A DNA stretch of 64,000 nt. Source: Balanoglossus misakiensis. Its lineage: Eukaryota; Animalia; Hemichordata. A model generated the notes under the pieces. It did not search any database. It was not told the DNA's origin and worked only from the letters and a program-made list of their open reading frames with translations. Below, in pieces: positions 1 to 15,000 of the stretch. Location of the stretch: the NCBI GenBank assembly GCA_040954595.2, contig CM082580.2, forward strand, positions 424,783 through 488,782, read 5' to 3'. Both the position numbers and the translations under genes were made by a program. How positions within the stretch are numbered: position 1 is the first letter of the stretch; each line of letters opens with the position of its first letter.

Positions 1-3000
1 TCAAAAATTGACGAAATTTTGAGATTTGCAAAGTCGAAAATTTGTCATTTTTTGATGATTTTCCCCCAATGGTTTTTTTCAAAATCGACGAAATTTTGAG
101 ATTTTGCAAAGTCGAAAATTTGTCATTTTTTGATGATTTTCACCCATGTTTTTTTTTTAAAATGGACGAAATTTTGAGATTTTGCAAAGTCGAAAATTTG
201 TCATTTTTTGATGATTTTCACCCATGATTTTTTTCAAAAATCGACGAAATTGTGAGATTTTGCAAAGTCAAAAATTTGTCATTTTTTGATGATTTTCACC
301 CATGTTTTTTTTTAAAAAAAACGACGAACCTATGATTTTTTTCAAAATCGACGAAATTTTGAGATTTTGCAAAGTCGAAAATTTGTCATTTTTTGATGAT
401 TTTCACCCATGATTTTTTTCAAAAATCGACGAAATGTTGAGATTTTGCAAAGTCGAAAATTTGTCATTTTTTGATGATTTTCACCCATGATTTTTTTCAA
501 AAATCGACGAAATGTTGAGATTTTGCAAAGTCGAAAATTTGTCATTTTTTGATGATTTTCTCCCATGATTTTTTTCAAAAATCGACGAAATTGTGAGATT
601 TTGCAAAGTCGAAAATTTGTCATTTTTTGATGATTTTCACCCATGTTTTTTTTTTTTAAATCGACGAACCTATGATTTTTTTCAAAATCGACGAAATTTT
701 GAGATTTTGCAAAGTCGAAAATTTGTAATTTTTTGATGATTTTCACCCGTTTTTTTTCAAAATTGAACGAACCCATGATTTTTTTCAAAAATCGACGAAA
801 TTTTGAGATTTTGCAAAGTCGAAAATTTGTCATTTTTTGATAATTTTTTCCTATGATTTTTCTCAAAAATCGACGAAATTTTGAGATTTTGCAAAGTCAA
901 AAATTTGTCATTTTTTGATGATTTTCACCCATGATTTTTTTCAAAAATCGACGAAATTTAAGATTTTGCAAAGTCGAAAATTTGTCATTTTTTGATGATT
1001 TTCACCCATGATTTTTTTCAAAAATCGACAAAATTTTTAGATTTTGCAAAGTCGAAAATTTGTAATTTTTTGATGATTTTTACCCATGATTTTTTTTTCA
1101 AAAATCGACGAAATTTTGAGATTTTGCAAAGACGAAACTTTTTAATTTTTTGATGATTTTCACCCATGATTTTTTTTCAAAAATTTACGAAATTTTGAGA
1201 TTTTGCAAAGTCGAAAATTTGTCATTTTTTGATGATTTTCACCCATGATTTTTTTCAAAAATCGACGAAATTTTGAGATTTTGCAAAGTCGAAAATTTGT
1301 CATTTTTTGATGATTTTCACCCATGATTTTTTTCAAAAATCGACAAAATTTTTAGATTTTGCAAAGTCGAAAATTTGTAATTTTTTGATGATTTTTACCC
1401 ATGATTTTTTTTTTCAAAAATCGACGATTTTTTGAGATTTTGCAAAGACGAAACTTTTTAATTTTTTGATGATTTTCACCCATGACTTTTTTTCAAAAAT
1501 TTACGAAATTTTGAGATTTTGCAAAGTCGAAAATTTGTCATTTTTTGATGATTTTCACCCATGTTTTTTTTTTCAAACATCGACGAAATTTTGAGATTTT
1601 GCAAATTCGAAAATTTGTAATTTTTTGATGATTTTCACCCATGTTTTTTTTCAAAAATCAACGAACCCATGATTTTTTTTCAAAAATCGACAAAATTTTG
1701 AGATTTTGCAAAGTCGAAAATTAGTCATTTTTTGATGATTTTCACCCATGATTTTTTTCAAAAATCGACGAAATTTTTAGATTTTGCAAAGTCGACAATT
1801 TGTCATTTTTTGATGATTTTCACCATGATTTTTTTTTAAAAAATGACGAAATTTTGAGATTTTGCAAAGACGAAAATTTGTCATTTTTTGATGATTTTCA
1901 CCCATGATTTTTTTTCAAAAATGTACGAAATTTTGAGATTTTGCAAAGTCGAAAATTTGTAATTTTTTGATGATTTTCACCAATGTTTTTTTTTAAAAAT
2001 CAACGAACCCATGATTTTTTTAAAAAATTGACACCAATGTTTTTTTTTAAAAATCAACGAACTCATGATTTTTTTAAAAAATTGACATTTTGAGATTTTG
2101 CAAAGTCGAAAATTTGTCATTTTTTGATGATTTTCACCATGATTGTTTTTTTCAAAAATCGACAAAATTTTTAGATTTTGCAAAGTCGAAAATTTGTAAT
2201 TTTTTGATGATTTTTACCCATGATTTTTTTTTTCAAAAATCGACGAAATTTTGAGATTTTGCAAAGACGAAAATTTGTAATTTTTTGATGATTTTCACCC
2301 ATGACTTTTTTTCAAAAATTTACGAAATTTTGAGATTTTGCAAAGTCGAAAATTTGTCATTTTTTGATGATTTTTTCCCATGATTTTGTTTTTCAAAAAT
2401 CGACCAAATTTTGGGATTTTGCAAAGACGAAAATTTGTCATTTTTTGATGATTTTCACCCATGATTTTTTTCAAAAATCGACGAACCCATGATTTTTTTT
2501 TCCAAAATCTACGAAATTTTGAGATTTTGCAAAGTCGAAAATTTGTAATTTTTTGATGATTTTCACCCATGTTTTTTTTTCCAAAATCGACGAAATTTTG
2601 AGATTTTGCAAATTCGAAAATTTGTAATTTTTTGATGATTTTCACCCATGTTTTTTTTCAAAAATCAACGAACCCATGATTTTTTTTCAAAAATCGACAA
2701 AATTTTGAGATTTTGCAAAGTCGAAAATTTGTCATTTTTTGATGATTTTCACCCATGATTTTTCTCAAAAATCGACGAAATTTTGAGATTTTGCAAAGTC
2801 GAAAATTTGTAATTTTTTGATGATTTTCACCCATGATTTTTTTTCAAAAATCGACGAAATTTTGAGATTTTGCAAAGTCGAAAATTTGTCATTTATTAAT
2901 GATTTTCACCCATGATTTTTTTTCAAAAATCGACAAAATTTTGAGATTTTGCAAAGTCGAAAATTTGTAATTTTTTGATGATTTTCACCCGTTTTTTTTC

Positions 3001-6000
3001 AAAATTGAACGAACCCATGATTTTTTTCAAAAATCGACGAAATTTTGAGATTTTGCAAAGTCGAAAATTTGTCATTTTTTGATAATTTTTTCCTATGATT
3101 TTTCTCAAAAATCGACGAAATTTTGAGATTTTGCAAAGTCAAAAATTTGTCATTTTTTGATGATTTTCACCCATGATTTTTTTCAAAAATCGACGAAATT
3201 TAAGATTTTGCAAAGTCGAAAATTTGTCATTTTTTGATGATTTTCACCCATGATTTTTTTCAAAAATCGACAAAATTTTTAGATTTTGCAAAGTCGAAAA
3301 TTTGTAATTTTTTGATGATTTTTACCCATGATTTTTTTTTCAAAAATCGACGAAATTTTGAGATTTTGCAAAGACGAAACTTTTTAATTTTTTGATGATT
3401 TTCACCCATGATTTTTTTTCAAAAATTTACGAAATTTTGAGATTTTGCAAAGTCGAAAATTTGTCATTTTTTGATGATTTTCACCCATGATTTTTTTCAA
3501 AAATCGACGAAATTTTGAGATTTTGCAAAGTCGAAAATTTGTCATTTTTTGATGATTTTCACCCATGATTTTTTTCAAAAATCGACAAAATTTTTAGATT
3601 TTGCAAAGTCGAAAATTTGTAATTTTTTGATGATTTTTACCCATGATTTTTTTTTTCAAAAATCGACGATTTTTTGAGATTTTGCAAAGACGAAACTTTT
3701 TAATTTTTTGATGATTTTCACCCATGACTTTTTTTCAAAAATTTACGAAATTTTGAGATTTTGCAAAGTCGAAAATTTGTCATTTTTTGATGATTTTCAC
3801 CCATGTTTTTTTTTTCAAACATCGACGAAATTTTGAGATTTTGCAAATTCGAAAATTTGTAATTTTTTGATGATTTTCACCCATGTTTTTTTTCAAAAAT
3901 CAACGAACCCATGATTTTTTTTCAAAAATCGACAAAATTTTGAGATTTTGCAAAGTCGAAAATTAGTCATTTTTTGATGATTTTCACCCATGATTTTTTT
4001 CAAAAATCGACGAAATTTTTAGATTTTGCAAAGTCGACAATTTGTCATTTTTTGATGATTTTCACCATGATTTTTTTTTAAAAAATGACGAAATTTTGAG
4101 ATTTTGCAAAGACGAAAATTTGTCATTTTTTGATGATTTTCACCCATGATTTTTTTTCAAAAATGTACGAAATTTTGAGATTTTGCAAAGTCGAAAATTT
4201 GTAATTTTTTGATGATTTTCACCAATGTTTTTTTTTAAAAATCAACGAACCCATGATTTTTTTAAAAAATTGACACCAATGTTTTTTTTTAAAAATCAAC
4301 GAACTCATGATTTTTTTAAAAAATTGACATTTTGAGATTTTGCAAAGTCGAAAATTTGTCATTTTTTGATGATTTTCACCATGATTGTTTTTTTCAAAAA
4401 TCGACAAAATTTTTAGATTTTGCAAAGTCGAAAATTTGTAATTTTTTGATGATTTTTACCCATGATTTTTTTTTTCAAAAATCGACGAAATTTTGAGATT
4501 TTGCAAAGACGAAAATTTGTAATTTTTTGATGATTTTCACCCATGACTTTTTTTCAAAAATTTACGAAATTTTGAGATTTTGCAAAGTCGAAAATTTGTC
4601 ATTTTTTGATGATTTTTTCCCATGATTTTGTTTTTCAAAAATCGACCAAATTTTGGGATTTTGCAAAGACGAAAATTTGTCATTTTTTGATGATTTTCAC
4701 CCATGATTTTTTTCAAAAATCGACGAACCCATGATTTTTTTTTCCAAAATCTACGAAATTTTGAGATTTTGCAAAGTCGAAAATTTGTAATTTTTTGATG
4801 ATTTTCACCCATGTTTTTTTTTCCAAAATCGACGAAATTTTGAGATTTTGCAAATTCGAAAATTTGTAATTTTTTGATGATTTTCACCCATGTTTTTTTT
4901 CAAAAATCAACGAACCCATGATTTTTTTTCAAAAATCGACAAAATTTTGAGATTTTGCAAAGTCGAAAATTTGTCATTTTTTGATGATTTTCACCCATGA
5001 TTTTTCTCAAAAATCGACGAAATTTTGAGATTTTGCAAAGTCGAAAATTTGTAATTTTTTGATGATTTTCACCCATGATTTTTTTTCAAAAATCGACGAA
5101 ATTTTGAGATTTTGCAAAGTCGAAAATTTGTCATTTATTAATGATTTTCACCCATGATTTTTTTTCAAAAATCGACAAAATTTTGAGATTTTGCAAAGTC
5201 GAAAATTTGTAATTTTTTGATGATTTTCACCCATGTTTTTTTTTCAAAATTGAACGAACCCATGATTTTTTTCAAAAATCGACGAAATTTTGAGATTTTG
5301 CAAAGTCGAAAATTTGTCATTTTTTGATGATTTTCACCCATGATTTTTTTCAAAAATCGACAAAATTTTTAGATTTTGCAAAGTCGAAAATTTGTACTTT
5401 TTTGATGATTTTTACCCATGATTTTTTTTTTCAAAAATCGACGAAATTTTGAGATTTTGCAAAGACGAAAATTTGTAATTTTTTTATGATTTTCACCCAT
5501 GACTTTTTTTCAAAAATTTACGAAATTTTAAGATTTTGCAAAGTCGAAAATTTGTCATTTTTTGATGATTTTCACCCATGTTTTTTTTTCAAAAATCGAC
5601 GAAATTTTGAGATTTTGCAAATTCGAAAATTTGTAATTTTTTGATGATTTTCACCCATGTTTTTTTTTCAAAAATCAACGAACCCATGATTTTTTTTCAA
5701 AAATCGACAAAATTTTGAGATTTTGCAAAGTCGAAAATTTGTCATTTTTTGATGATTTTCACCCATGATTTTTTTCAAAAATCGACAAAATTTTTAGATT
5801 TTGCAAAGTCGAAAATTTGTAATTTTTTGATTATTTTCACCCATGATTTTTTTCAAAAATCGACAAAATTTTGAGATTTTGCAAATTCGAAAATTTGTAA
5901 TTTTTTGATGATTTTCACCCATGTATTTTTTCAAAAATCAACGAACCCATGATTTTTTTTCAAAAATCGACAAAATTTTGAGTTTTTGCAAAGTCGAAAA

Positions 6001-9000
6001 TTTGTCATTTTTTGATGATTTTCACCCATGATTTTTCTCAAAAATCGACGAAATTTTGAGATTTTGCAAAGTCGAAAATTTGTAATTTTTTGATGATTTT
6101 CACCCATGTTTTTTTTCAAAAATCGACGAAATTTTGAGATTTTGCAAATTCGAAAATTTGTAATTTTTTGATGATTTTCACCCATGTTTTTTTTCAAAAA
6201 TCAACGAACCCATGATTTTTTTTCAAAAATCGACAAAATTTTGAGATTTTGCAAAGTCGAAAATTTGTCATTTTTTGATGATTTTCACCCATGATTTTTT
6301 TCAAAAATCGACGAGATTTTGAGATTTTGCAAAGACGAAAATTTGTAATTTTTTGATGATTTTCACCCATGACTTTTTTTCAAAAATTTACGAAATTTTG
6401 AGATTTTGCAAAGTCGAAAATTTGTCATTTTTTGATGATTTTCACCCATGTTTTTTTTTCAAAAATCGACGAAATTTTGAGATTTTGCAAATTCGAAAAT
6501 TTGTAATTTTTTGATGATTTTCACCCATGTTTTTTTTCAAAAATCAACGAACCCATGATTTTTTTTCAAAAATCGACAAAATTTTGAGATTTTGCAAAGT
6601 CGAAAATTTGTCATTTTTTGATGATTTTCACCCATGATTTTTTTCAAAACTCGACGAAATTTTGAGATTTTGCAAAGACGAAAATTTGTAATTTTTTGAT
6701 GATTTTCACCCATGACTTTTTTTCAAAAATTTACGAAATTTTGAGATTTTGCAAAGTCGAAAATTTGTCATTTTTTGATGATTTTCACCCATGTTTTTTT
6801 TTCAAAAATCGACGAAATTTTGAGATTTTGCAAATTCGAAAATTTGTACTTTTTTGATGATTTTCACCCATGTTTTTTTTCAAAAATCAACGAACCCATG
6901 ATTTTTTTTCAAAAATCGACAAAATTTTGAGATTTTGCAAAGTCGAAAATTTGTCATTTTTTGATGATTTTCACCCATGATTTTTCTCAAAAATCGACGA
7001 AATTTTGAGATTTTGCAAAGTCGAAAATTTGTCATTTTTTGATGATTTTCACCCATGATTTTTTTTCAAAAATCGACGAAATTTTGAGATTTTGCAAAGT
7101 CGAAAATTTGTCATTTATTAATGATTTTCACCCATGATTTTTTTTCAAAAATCGACAAAATTTTGAGATTTTGCAAAGTCGAAAATTTGTCATTTTTTGA
7201 TGATTTTCACCCATGATTTTTTTCAAAACTCGACGAAATTTTGAGATTTTGCAAAGTCGAAAATTTGTCATTTTTTGATGATTTTTACCCAATGTTTTTT
7301 TTCAAAATCGACGAAATTTTGAGATTTTGCAAAGTCGAAAATGTGTCATTTTTTGATGATTTTTACCCATGATTTTTTTTCAAAAATCGACGAAATTTTT
7401 AGATTTTGCAAAGTCGAAAATGTGTCATTTTTTGATGATTTTCACCCATGATTTTTTTTCAAAAATCGACGAAATTTTAAGATTTTGCAAAGTCGAAAAT
7501 TTGTCATTTTTTGATGATTTTCACCCATGTTTTTTTTTTAAAAATCGACGAACCTATGATTTTTTTCAAAATCGACGAAATTGTGTGATTTTGCAAAGTC
7601 GAAAATTTTGTCATTTTTTGATGATTTTCAACCATGATTTTTTTTCAAAAATCGACGAAATTTTGAGATTTTGCACAGTCGAAAATTTGTCATTTTTTGA
7701 TGATTTTCACCCATGATTTTTTTCAAAAATCGACGAAATGTTGAGATTTTGCAAAGTCGAAAATTTGTCATTTTTTGATGATTTTCTCCCATGATTTTTT
7801 TCAAAAATCGACAAAATTGTGAGATTTTGCAAAGTCGAAAATTTGTCATTTTTTGATGATTTTCACCCATGTTTTTTTTTTAAAATCGACGAACCTATGA
7901 TTTTTTTCAAAATCGACGAAATTTTGAGATTTTGCAAAGTCGAAAATTTGTCATTTTTTGATGATTTTCACCCATGATTTTTTTCAAAAATCGACGAAAT
8001 GTTGAGATTTTGCAAAGTCGAAAATTTGTAATTTTTTGATGATTTTCCCCCAATGGTTTTTTTTCAAAATCGACGAAATTTTGAGATTTTGCAAAGTCGA
8101 AAATTTGTCATTTTTTGATGATTTTCCCCCAATGGTTTTTTTCAAAATCGACGAAATTTTGAGATTTTGCAAAGTCGAAAATTTGTCATTTTTTGATGAT
8201 TTTCCCCCATGTTTTTTTTTTAAAATGGACGAAATTTTGAGATTTTGCAAAGTCGAAAATTTGTCATTTTTTGATGATTTTCACCCATGATTTTTTTCAA
8301 AAATCGACGAAATTGTGAGATTTTGCAAAGTCAAAAATTTGTCATTTTTTGATGATTTTCACCCATGTTTTTTTAAAAAAAAAACGACGAACCTATGATT
8401 TTTTTCAAAATCGACGAAATTTTGAGATTTTGCAAAGTCGAAAATTTGTCATTTTTTGATGATTTTCACCCATGATTTTTTTCAAAAATCGACGAAATGT
8501 TGAGATTTTGCAAAGTCGAAAATTTGTCATTTTTTGATGATTTTCACCCATGATTTTTTTCAAAAATCGACGAAATGTTGAGATTTTGCAAAGTCGAAAA
8601 TTTGTCATTTTTTGATGATTTTCTCCCATGATTTTTTTTAAAAATCGACGAAATTGTGAGATTTTGCAAAGTCGAAAATTTGTCATTTTTTGATGATTTT
8701 CACCCATGTTTTTTTTTTTTAAATCGACGAACCTATGATTTTTTTCAAAATCGACGAAATTTTGAGATTTTGCAAAGTCGAAAATTTGTCATTTTTTGAT
8801 GATTTTCTCCCATGATTTTTTTCAAAAATCGACAAAATTGTGAGATTTTGCAAAGTCGAAAATTTGTCATTTTTTGATGATTTTCACCCATGTTTTTTTT
8901 TAAAATCGACGAACCTATGATTTTTTTCAAAATCGACGAAATTTTGAGATTTTGCAAAGTCGAAAATTTGTCATTTTTTGATTATTTTCACCCATGATTT

Positions 9001-12000
9001 TTTTCAAAAATCGACGAAATGTTGAGATTTTGCAAAGTCGAAAATTTGTAATTTTTTGATGATTTTCCCCCAATGGTTTTTTTTCAAAATCGACGAAATG
9101 TTGAGATTTTGCAAAGTCGAAAATTTGTAATTTTTTGATGATTTTCCCCCAATGGTTTTTTTTCAAAATCGACGAAATTTTGAGATTTTGCAAAGTCGAA
9201 AATTTGTCATTTTTTGATGATTTTCCCCCAATGGTTTTTTTCAAAATCGACGAAATTTTGAGATTTTGCAAAGTCGAAAATTTGTCATTTTTTGATGATT
9301 TTCCCCCATGTTTTTTTTTTAAAATGGACGAAATTTTGAGATTTTGCAAAGTCGAAAATTTGTCATTTTTTGATGATTTTCACCCATGATTTTTTTCAAA
9401 AATCGACGAAATTGTGAGATTTTGCAAAGTCAAAAATTTGTCATTTTTTGATGATTTTCACCCATGTTTTTTTTTTAAAAAAACGACGAACCTATGATTT
9501 TTTTCAAAATCGACGAAATTTTGAGATTTTGCAAAGTCGAAAATTTGTCATTTTTTGATGATTTTCACCCATGATTTTTTTCAAAAATCGACGAAATGTT
9601 GAGATTTTGCAAAGTCGAAAATTTGTCATTTTTTGATGATTTTCACCCATGATTTTTTTCAAAAATCGACGAAATGTTGAGATTTTGCAAAGTCGAAAAT
9701 TTGTCATTTTTTGATGATTTTCTCCCATGATTTTTTTCAAAAATCGACGAAATTGTGAGATTTTGCAAAGTCGAAAATTTGTCATTTTTTGATGATTTTC
9801 ACCCATGTTTTTTTTTTTTAAATCGACGAACCTATGATTTTTTTCAAAATCGACGAAATTTTGAGATTTTGCAAAGTCGAAAATTTGTCATTTTTTGATG
9901 ATTTTCACCCATGATTTTTTTCAAAAATCGACGAAATGTTGAGATTTTGCAAAGTCGATAATTTTGTCATTTTTTGATAATTTTCAACCATATTATTTTT
10001 CAAAAACCGACGAAATTTTGAGATTTTGCATAGACGAAAATTTGTCATTTTTTGATGATTTTCACCCATGATTTTTTCAAAAATTGACGAAATTTTGAGA
10101 TTTGCAAAGTCGAAAATTTGTCATTTTTTGATGATTTTCCCCCAATGGTTTTTTTCAAAATCGACGAAATTTTGAGATTTTGCAAAGTCGAAAATTTGTC
10201 ATTTTTTGATGATTTTCACCCATGTTTTTTTTTTAAAATGGACGAAATTTTGAGATTTTGCAAAGTCGAAAATTTGTCATTTTTTGATGATTTTCACCCA
10301 TGATTTTTTTCAAAAATCGACGAAATTGTGAGATTTTGCAAAGTCAAAAATTTGTCATTTTTTGATGATTTTCACCCATGTTTTTTTTTAAAAAAAACGA
10401 CGAACCTATGATTTTTTTCAAAATCGACGAAATTTTGAGATTTTGCAAAGTCGAAAATTTGTCATTTTTTGATGATTTTCACCCATGATTTTTTTCAAAA
10501 ATCGACGAAATGTTGAGATTTTGCAAAGTCGAAAATTTGTCATTTTTTGATGATTTTCACCCATGATTTTTTTCAAAAATCGACGAAATGTTGAGATTTT
10601 GCAAAGTCGAAAATTTGTCATTTTTTGATGATTTTCTCCCATGATTTTTTTCAAAAATCGACGAAATTGTGAGATTTTGCAAAGTCGAAAATTTGTCATT
10701 TTTTGATGATTTTCACCCATGTTTTTTTTTTTTAAATCGACGAACCTATGATTTTTTTCAAAATCGACGAAATTTTGAGATTTTGCAAAGTCGAAAATTT
10801 GTCATTTTTTGATGATTTTCACCCATGATTTTTTTCAAAAATCGACGAAATGTTGAGATTTTGCAAAGTCGATAATTTTGTCATTTTTTGATGATTTTCA
10901 ACCATATTATTTTTCAAAAACCGACGAAATTTTGAGATTTTGCATAGACGAAAATTTGTCATTTTTTGATGATTTTCACCCATGATTTTTTCAAAAATTG
11001 ACGAAATTTTGAGATTTTGCAAAGTCGAAAATTTGTCATTTTTTGATGATTTTCACCCATGATTTTTTTCAAAAATCGACGAAATGTTGAGATTTTGCAA
11101 AGTCGAAAATTTGTAATTTTTTGATGATTTTCACCCATGATTTTTTTCAAAAATCGACGAAATGTTGAGATTTTGCAAAGTCGAAAATTTGTAATTTTTT
11201 GATGATTTTCACCCATGATTTTTTTCAAAAATCGACGAAATTGTGAGATTTTGCAAAGTCGATAATTTGTCATTTTTTGATGATTTTCCCCCAATGTTTT
11301 TTTTCAAAATCGACGAAATTTTGAGATTTTGCAAAGTCGAAAATTTTCTCATTTTTTGATGATTTTCCCCCATGTTTTTTTTCAAAAATCGACGAAATTT
11401 TGAGATTTTGCAAAGTCGAAAATTTGTCATTTTTTGATGATTTTCACCCATGTTTTTTTTTAAAAAATCGACGTACCTATGATTTTTTTCAAAATCGACG
11501 AAAATTTGAGATTTTGCAAAGATGAAAATTTGTCATTTTTGATGATTTTTACCCATAATTTTTTTTCAGAAATGGACGAAATTTTGAGATTTTGCAAAGA
11601 CGAAAATTTGTCATTTTTTGTTGATTTTCACCCATGATTTTTTTTCAAAAATCGACGAAATTTTGAGATTTTGCAAAGTCGAAAATGTGTCATTTTTTGA
11701 TGATTTTTACCCATGATTTTTTGTCAAAAATGGACGAAATTTTGAGATTTTGCAAAGTCGAAAATTTGTTATTTTTTGATGATTTTCACCCATGTCTTTT
11801 TTTAAAAATCGCAAAATTTTGAGATTTTGCAAAGAGGAAAATTTGTCATTTTTTTCATGATTTTCCCCCATGATTTTTTTCAAAAATCGACGAAATTTTG
11901 AGATTTTGCAAAGTCGAAAATTTGTCATTTTTTGATGATTTTTCACCCATGATTTTTTTTCAAAAATCGACGAAATTTTGAGATTTTGCAGTCGAAAATT

Positions 12001-15000
12001 TGTCATTTTTTGATGATTTTCACCCATGATTTTTTCAAAAATCGACGAAATTTTGAGATTTTGCAAAGTCGAAAATGTGTTATTTTTTGATGATTTTCAC
12101 CCGTTTTTTTTCAAAATTTGTCATTTTTTGATGATTTTCACCCATGATTTTTTTTCAAAAATCGACGAAATTTCGAGATTTTGCAAAGTCGAAAATGTGT
12201 CATTTTTTGATGATTTTCCCCCATGATTTTTTTCAAAAATCGACGAAATTTTGAGATTTTGCAAAGTTGAAAATTTTTCAAAAATCGACGAAATTTATAG
12301 ATTTTGCAAAGAGGAAAATTTGTCATTTTTTGATGATTTTCACCCATGATTTTTTTCAAAATTGATGAAATTTTGAGTTTTTGCAGTCGAAAATTTGTCA
12401 TTTTTTGATGATTTTCACCCATATTATTTTTCAAAAACCGACGAAATTTTGAGATTTTGCAAACATGAAAATTTGTCATTTTTTGATGATTTTCACCCAT
12501 GATTTTTTCAAAAATCGACGAAATTATGAGATTTTGCAAAGTCGAAAATTTGTCATTTTTTGATGATTTTCACCCATGTTTTTTTTAAAAAAATCGACGT
12601 ACCTATGATTTTTTTCAAAATCGACGAAATTTTGTGATTTTGCAAAGTCGAAAATTTTGTCATTTTTTGATGATTTTTAACCATGATTTTTTTTCAAAAA
12701 TCGACGAAATTTTGAGATTTTGCAAAGTCGAAAATTTTGTCATTTTTTGATGATTTTCACCCATGATTTTTTTCAAAAATCGACGAAATTTTGAGATTTT
12801 GCAAAGTCGAAAATGTGTCATTTTTTGATGATTTTCACCCATGTTTTTTTTTAAAAATCGACGAACCTATGATTTTTTTCAAAATCGAAAAAATTTTGAG
12901 ATTTTGCAAAGTCGAAAATTTGTCATTTTTTGATGATTTTCACCCATGATTTTCTTCAAAAATCGACGAAATGTTGAGATTTTTCAAAGTCGAAAAATTG
13001 TCATTTTTTGATGATTTTCACCCATGATTTTTTTCAAAAATCGACGAAATGTTGAGATTTTGCAAAGTCGAAAATTTTGTCATTTTTTGATGATTTTCAA
13101 CCATGATTTTTTTTCAAAAATCGACGAAAATTTGAGATTTTGCAAAGATGAAAATTTGTCATTTTTGATGATTTTTACCCATAATTTTTTTTCAGAAATG
13201 GACGAAATTTTGAGATTTTGCAAAGTCGAAAATGTGTCATTTTTTGATGATTTTCACCCATGATTTTTTCAAAAATTGACTAAATTTTGAGATTTTGCAA
13301 AGTCGAAAATTTGTCATTTTTTGATGATTTTTCACCCATGATTTTTTTTCAAAAATCGACGAAATTTTGAGATTTTGCAGTCGAAAATTTGTCATTTTTT
13401 GATGATTTTCACCCATGATTTTTTCAAAAATCGACGAAATTTTGAGATTTTGCAAAGTCGAAAATTTGTCATTTTTTGATGATTTTCACCCATGTTTTTT
13501 TTTAAAAAATCGACGTACCTATGATTTTTTTCAAAATCGACGAAAATTTGAGATTTTGCAAAGATGAAAATTTGTCATTTTTGATGATTTTTACCCATAA
13601 TTTTTTTTCAGAAATGGACGAAATTTTGAGATTTTGCAAAGACGAAAATTTGTCATTTTTTGATGATTTTCACCCATGATTTTTTTTCAAAAATCGACGA
13701 AATTTTGAGATTTTGCAAAGTCGAAAATGTGTCATTTTTTGATGATTTTTACCCATGATTTTTTTTCAAAAATGGACGAAATTTTGAGATTTTGCAAAGT
13801 CGAAAATTTGTTATTTTTTGATGATTTTCACCCATGTCTTTTTTTAAAAATCGACGAAATTTTGAGATTTTGCAAAGAGGAAAATTTGTCATTTTTTTCA
13901 TGATTTTCCCCCATGATTTTTTTCAAAAATCGACGAAATTTTGAGATTTTGCAAAGTCGAAAATTTGTCATTTTTTGATGATTTTTCACCCATGATTTTT
14001 TTTCAAAAATCGACGAAATTTTGAGATTTTGCAGTCGAAAATTTGGCATTTTTTGATGATTTTCACCCATGATTTTTTCAAAAATCGACGAAATTTTGAG
14101 ATTTTGCAAAGTCGAAAATGTGTCATTTTTTGATGATTTTCACCCGTTTTTTTTCAAAATTTGTCATTTTTTGATGATTTTCACCCATGATTTTTTTTCA
14201 AAAATCGACGAAATTTTGAGATTTTGCAAAGTCGAAAATGTGTCATTTTTTGATGATTTTCCCCCATGATTTTTTTCAAAAATCGACGAAATTTTGAGAT
14301 TTTGCAAAGTTGAAAATTTTTCAAAAATCGACGAAATTTATAGATTTTGCAAAGAGGAAAATTTGTCATTTTTTGATGATTTTCACCCATGATTTTTTTC
14401 AAAATTGATGAAATTTTGAGTTTTTGCAGTCGAAAATTTGTCATTTTTTGATGATTTTCACCCATATTATTTTTCAAAAACCGACGAAATTTTGAGATTT
14501 TGCAAACATGAAAATTTGTCATTTTTTGATGATTTTCACCCATGATTTTTTCAAAAATTGACTAAATTTTGAGATTTTGCAAAGTCGAAAATTTGTCATT
14601 TTTTGATGATTTTTCACCCATGATTTTTTTTCAAAAATCGACGAAATTTTGAGATTTTGCAGTCGAAAATTTGTCATTTTTTGATGATTTTCACCCATGA
14701 TTTTTTCAAAAATCGACGAAATTTTGAGATTTTGCAAAGTCGAAAATTTGTCATTTTTTGATGATTTTCACCCATGTCTTTTTTCAAAAATCGAAAAAAT
14801 TTTGAGATTTTGCAAAGTCGAAAATTTGTCATTTTTTGATGATTTTCACCCATGATTTTCTTCAAAAATTGACGAAATTTTGAGATTTTGCAAAGTCGAA
14901 AATTTGTCATTTTTTGATGATTTTTCACCCATGATTTTTTTTCAAAAATCGACGAAATTTTGAGATTTTGCAGTCGAAAATTTGTCATTTTTTGATGATT

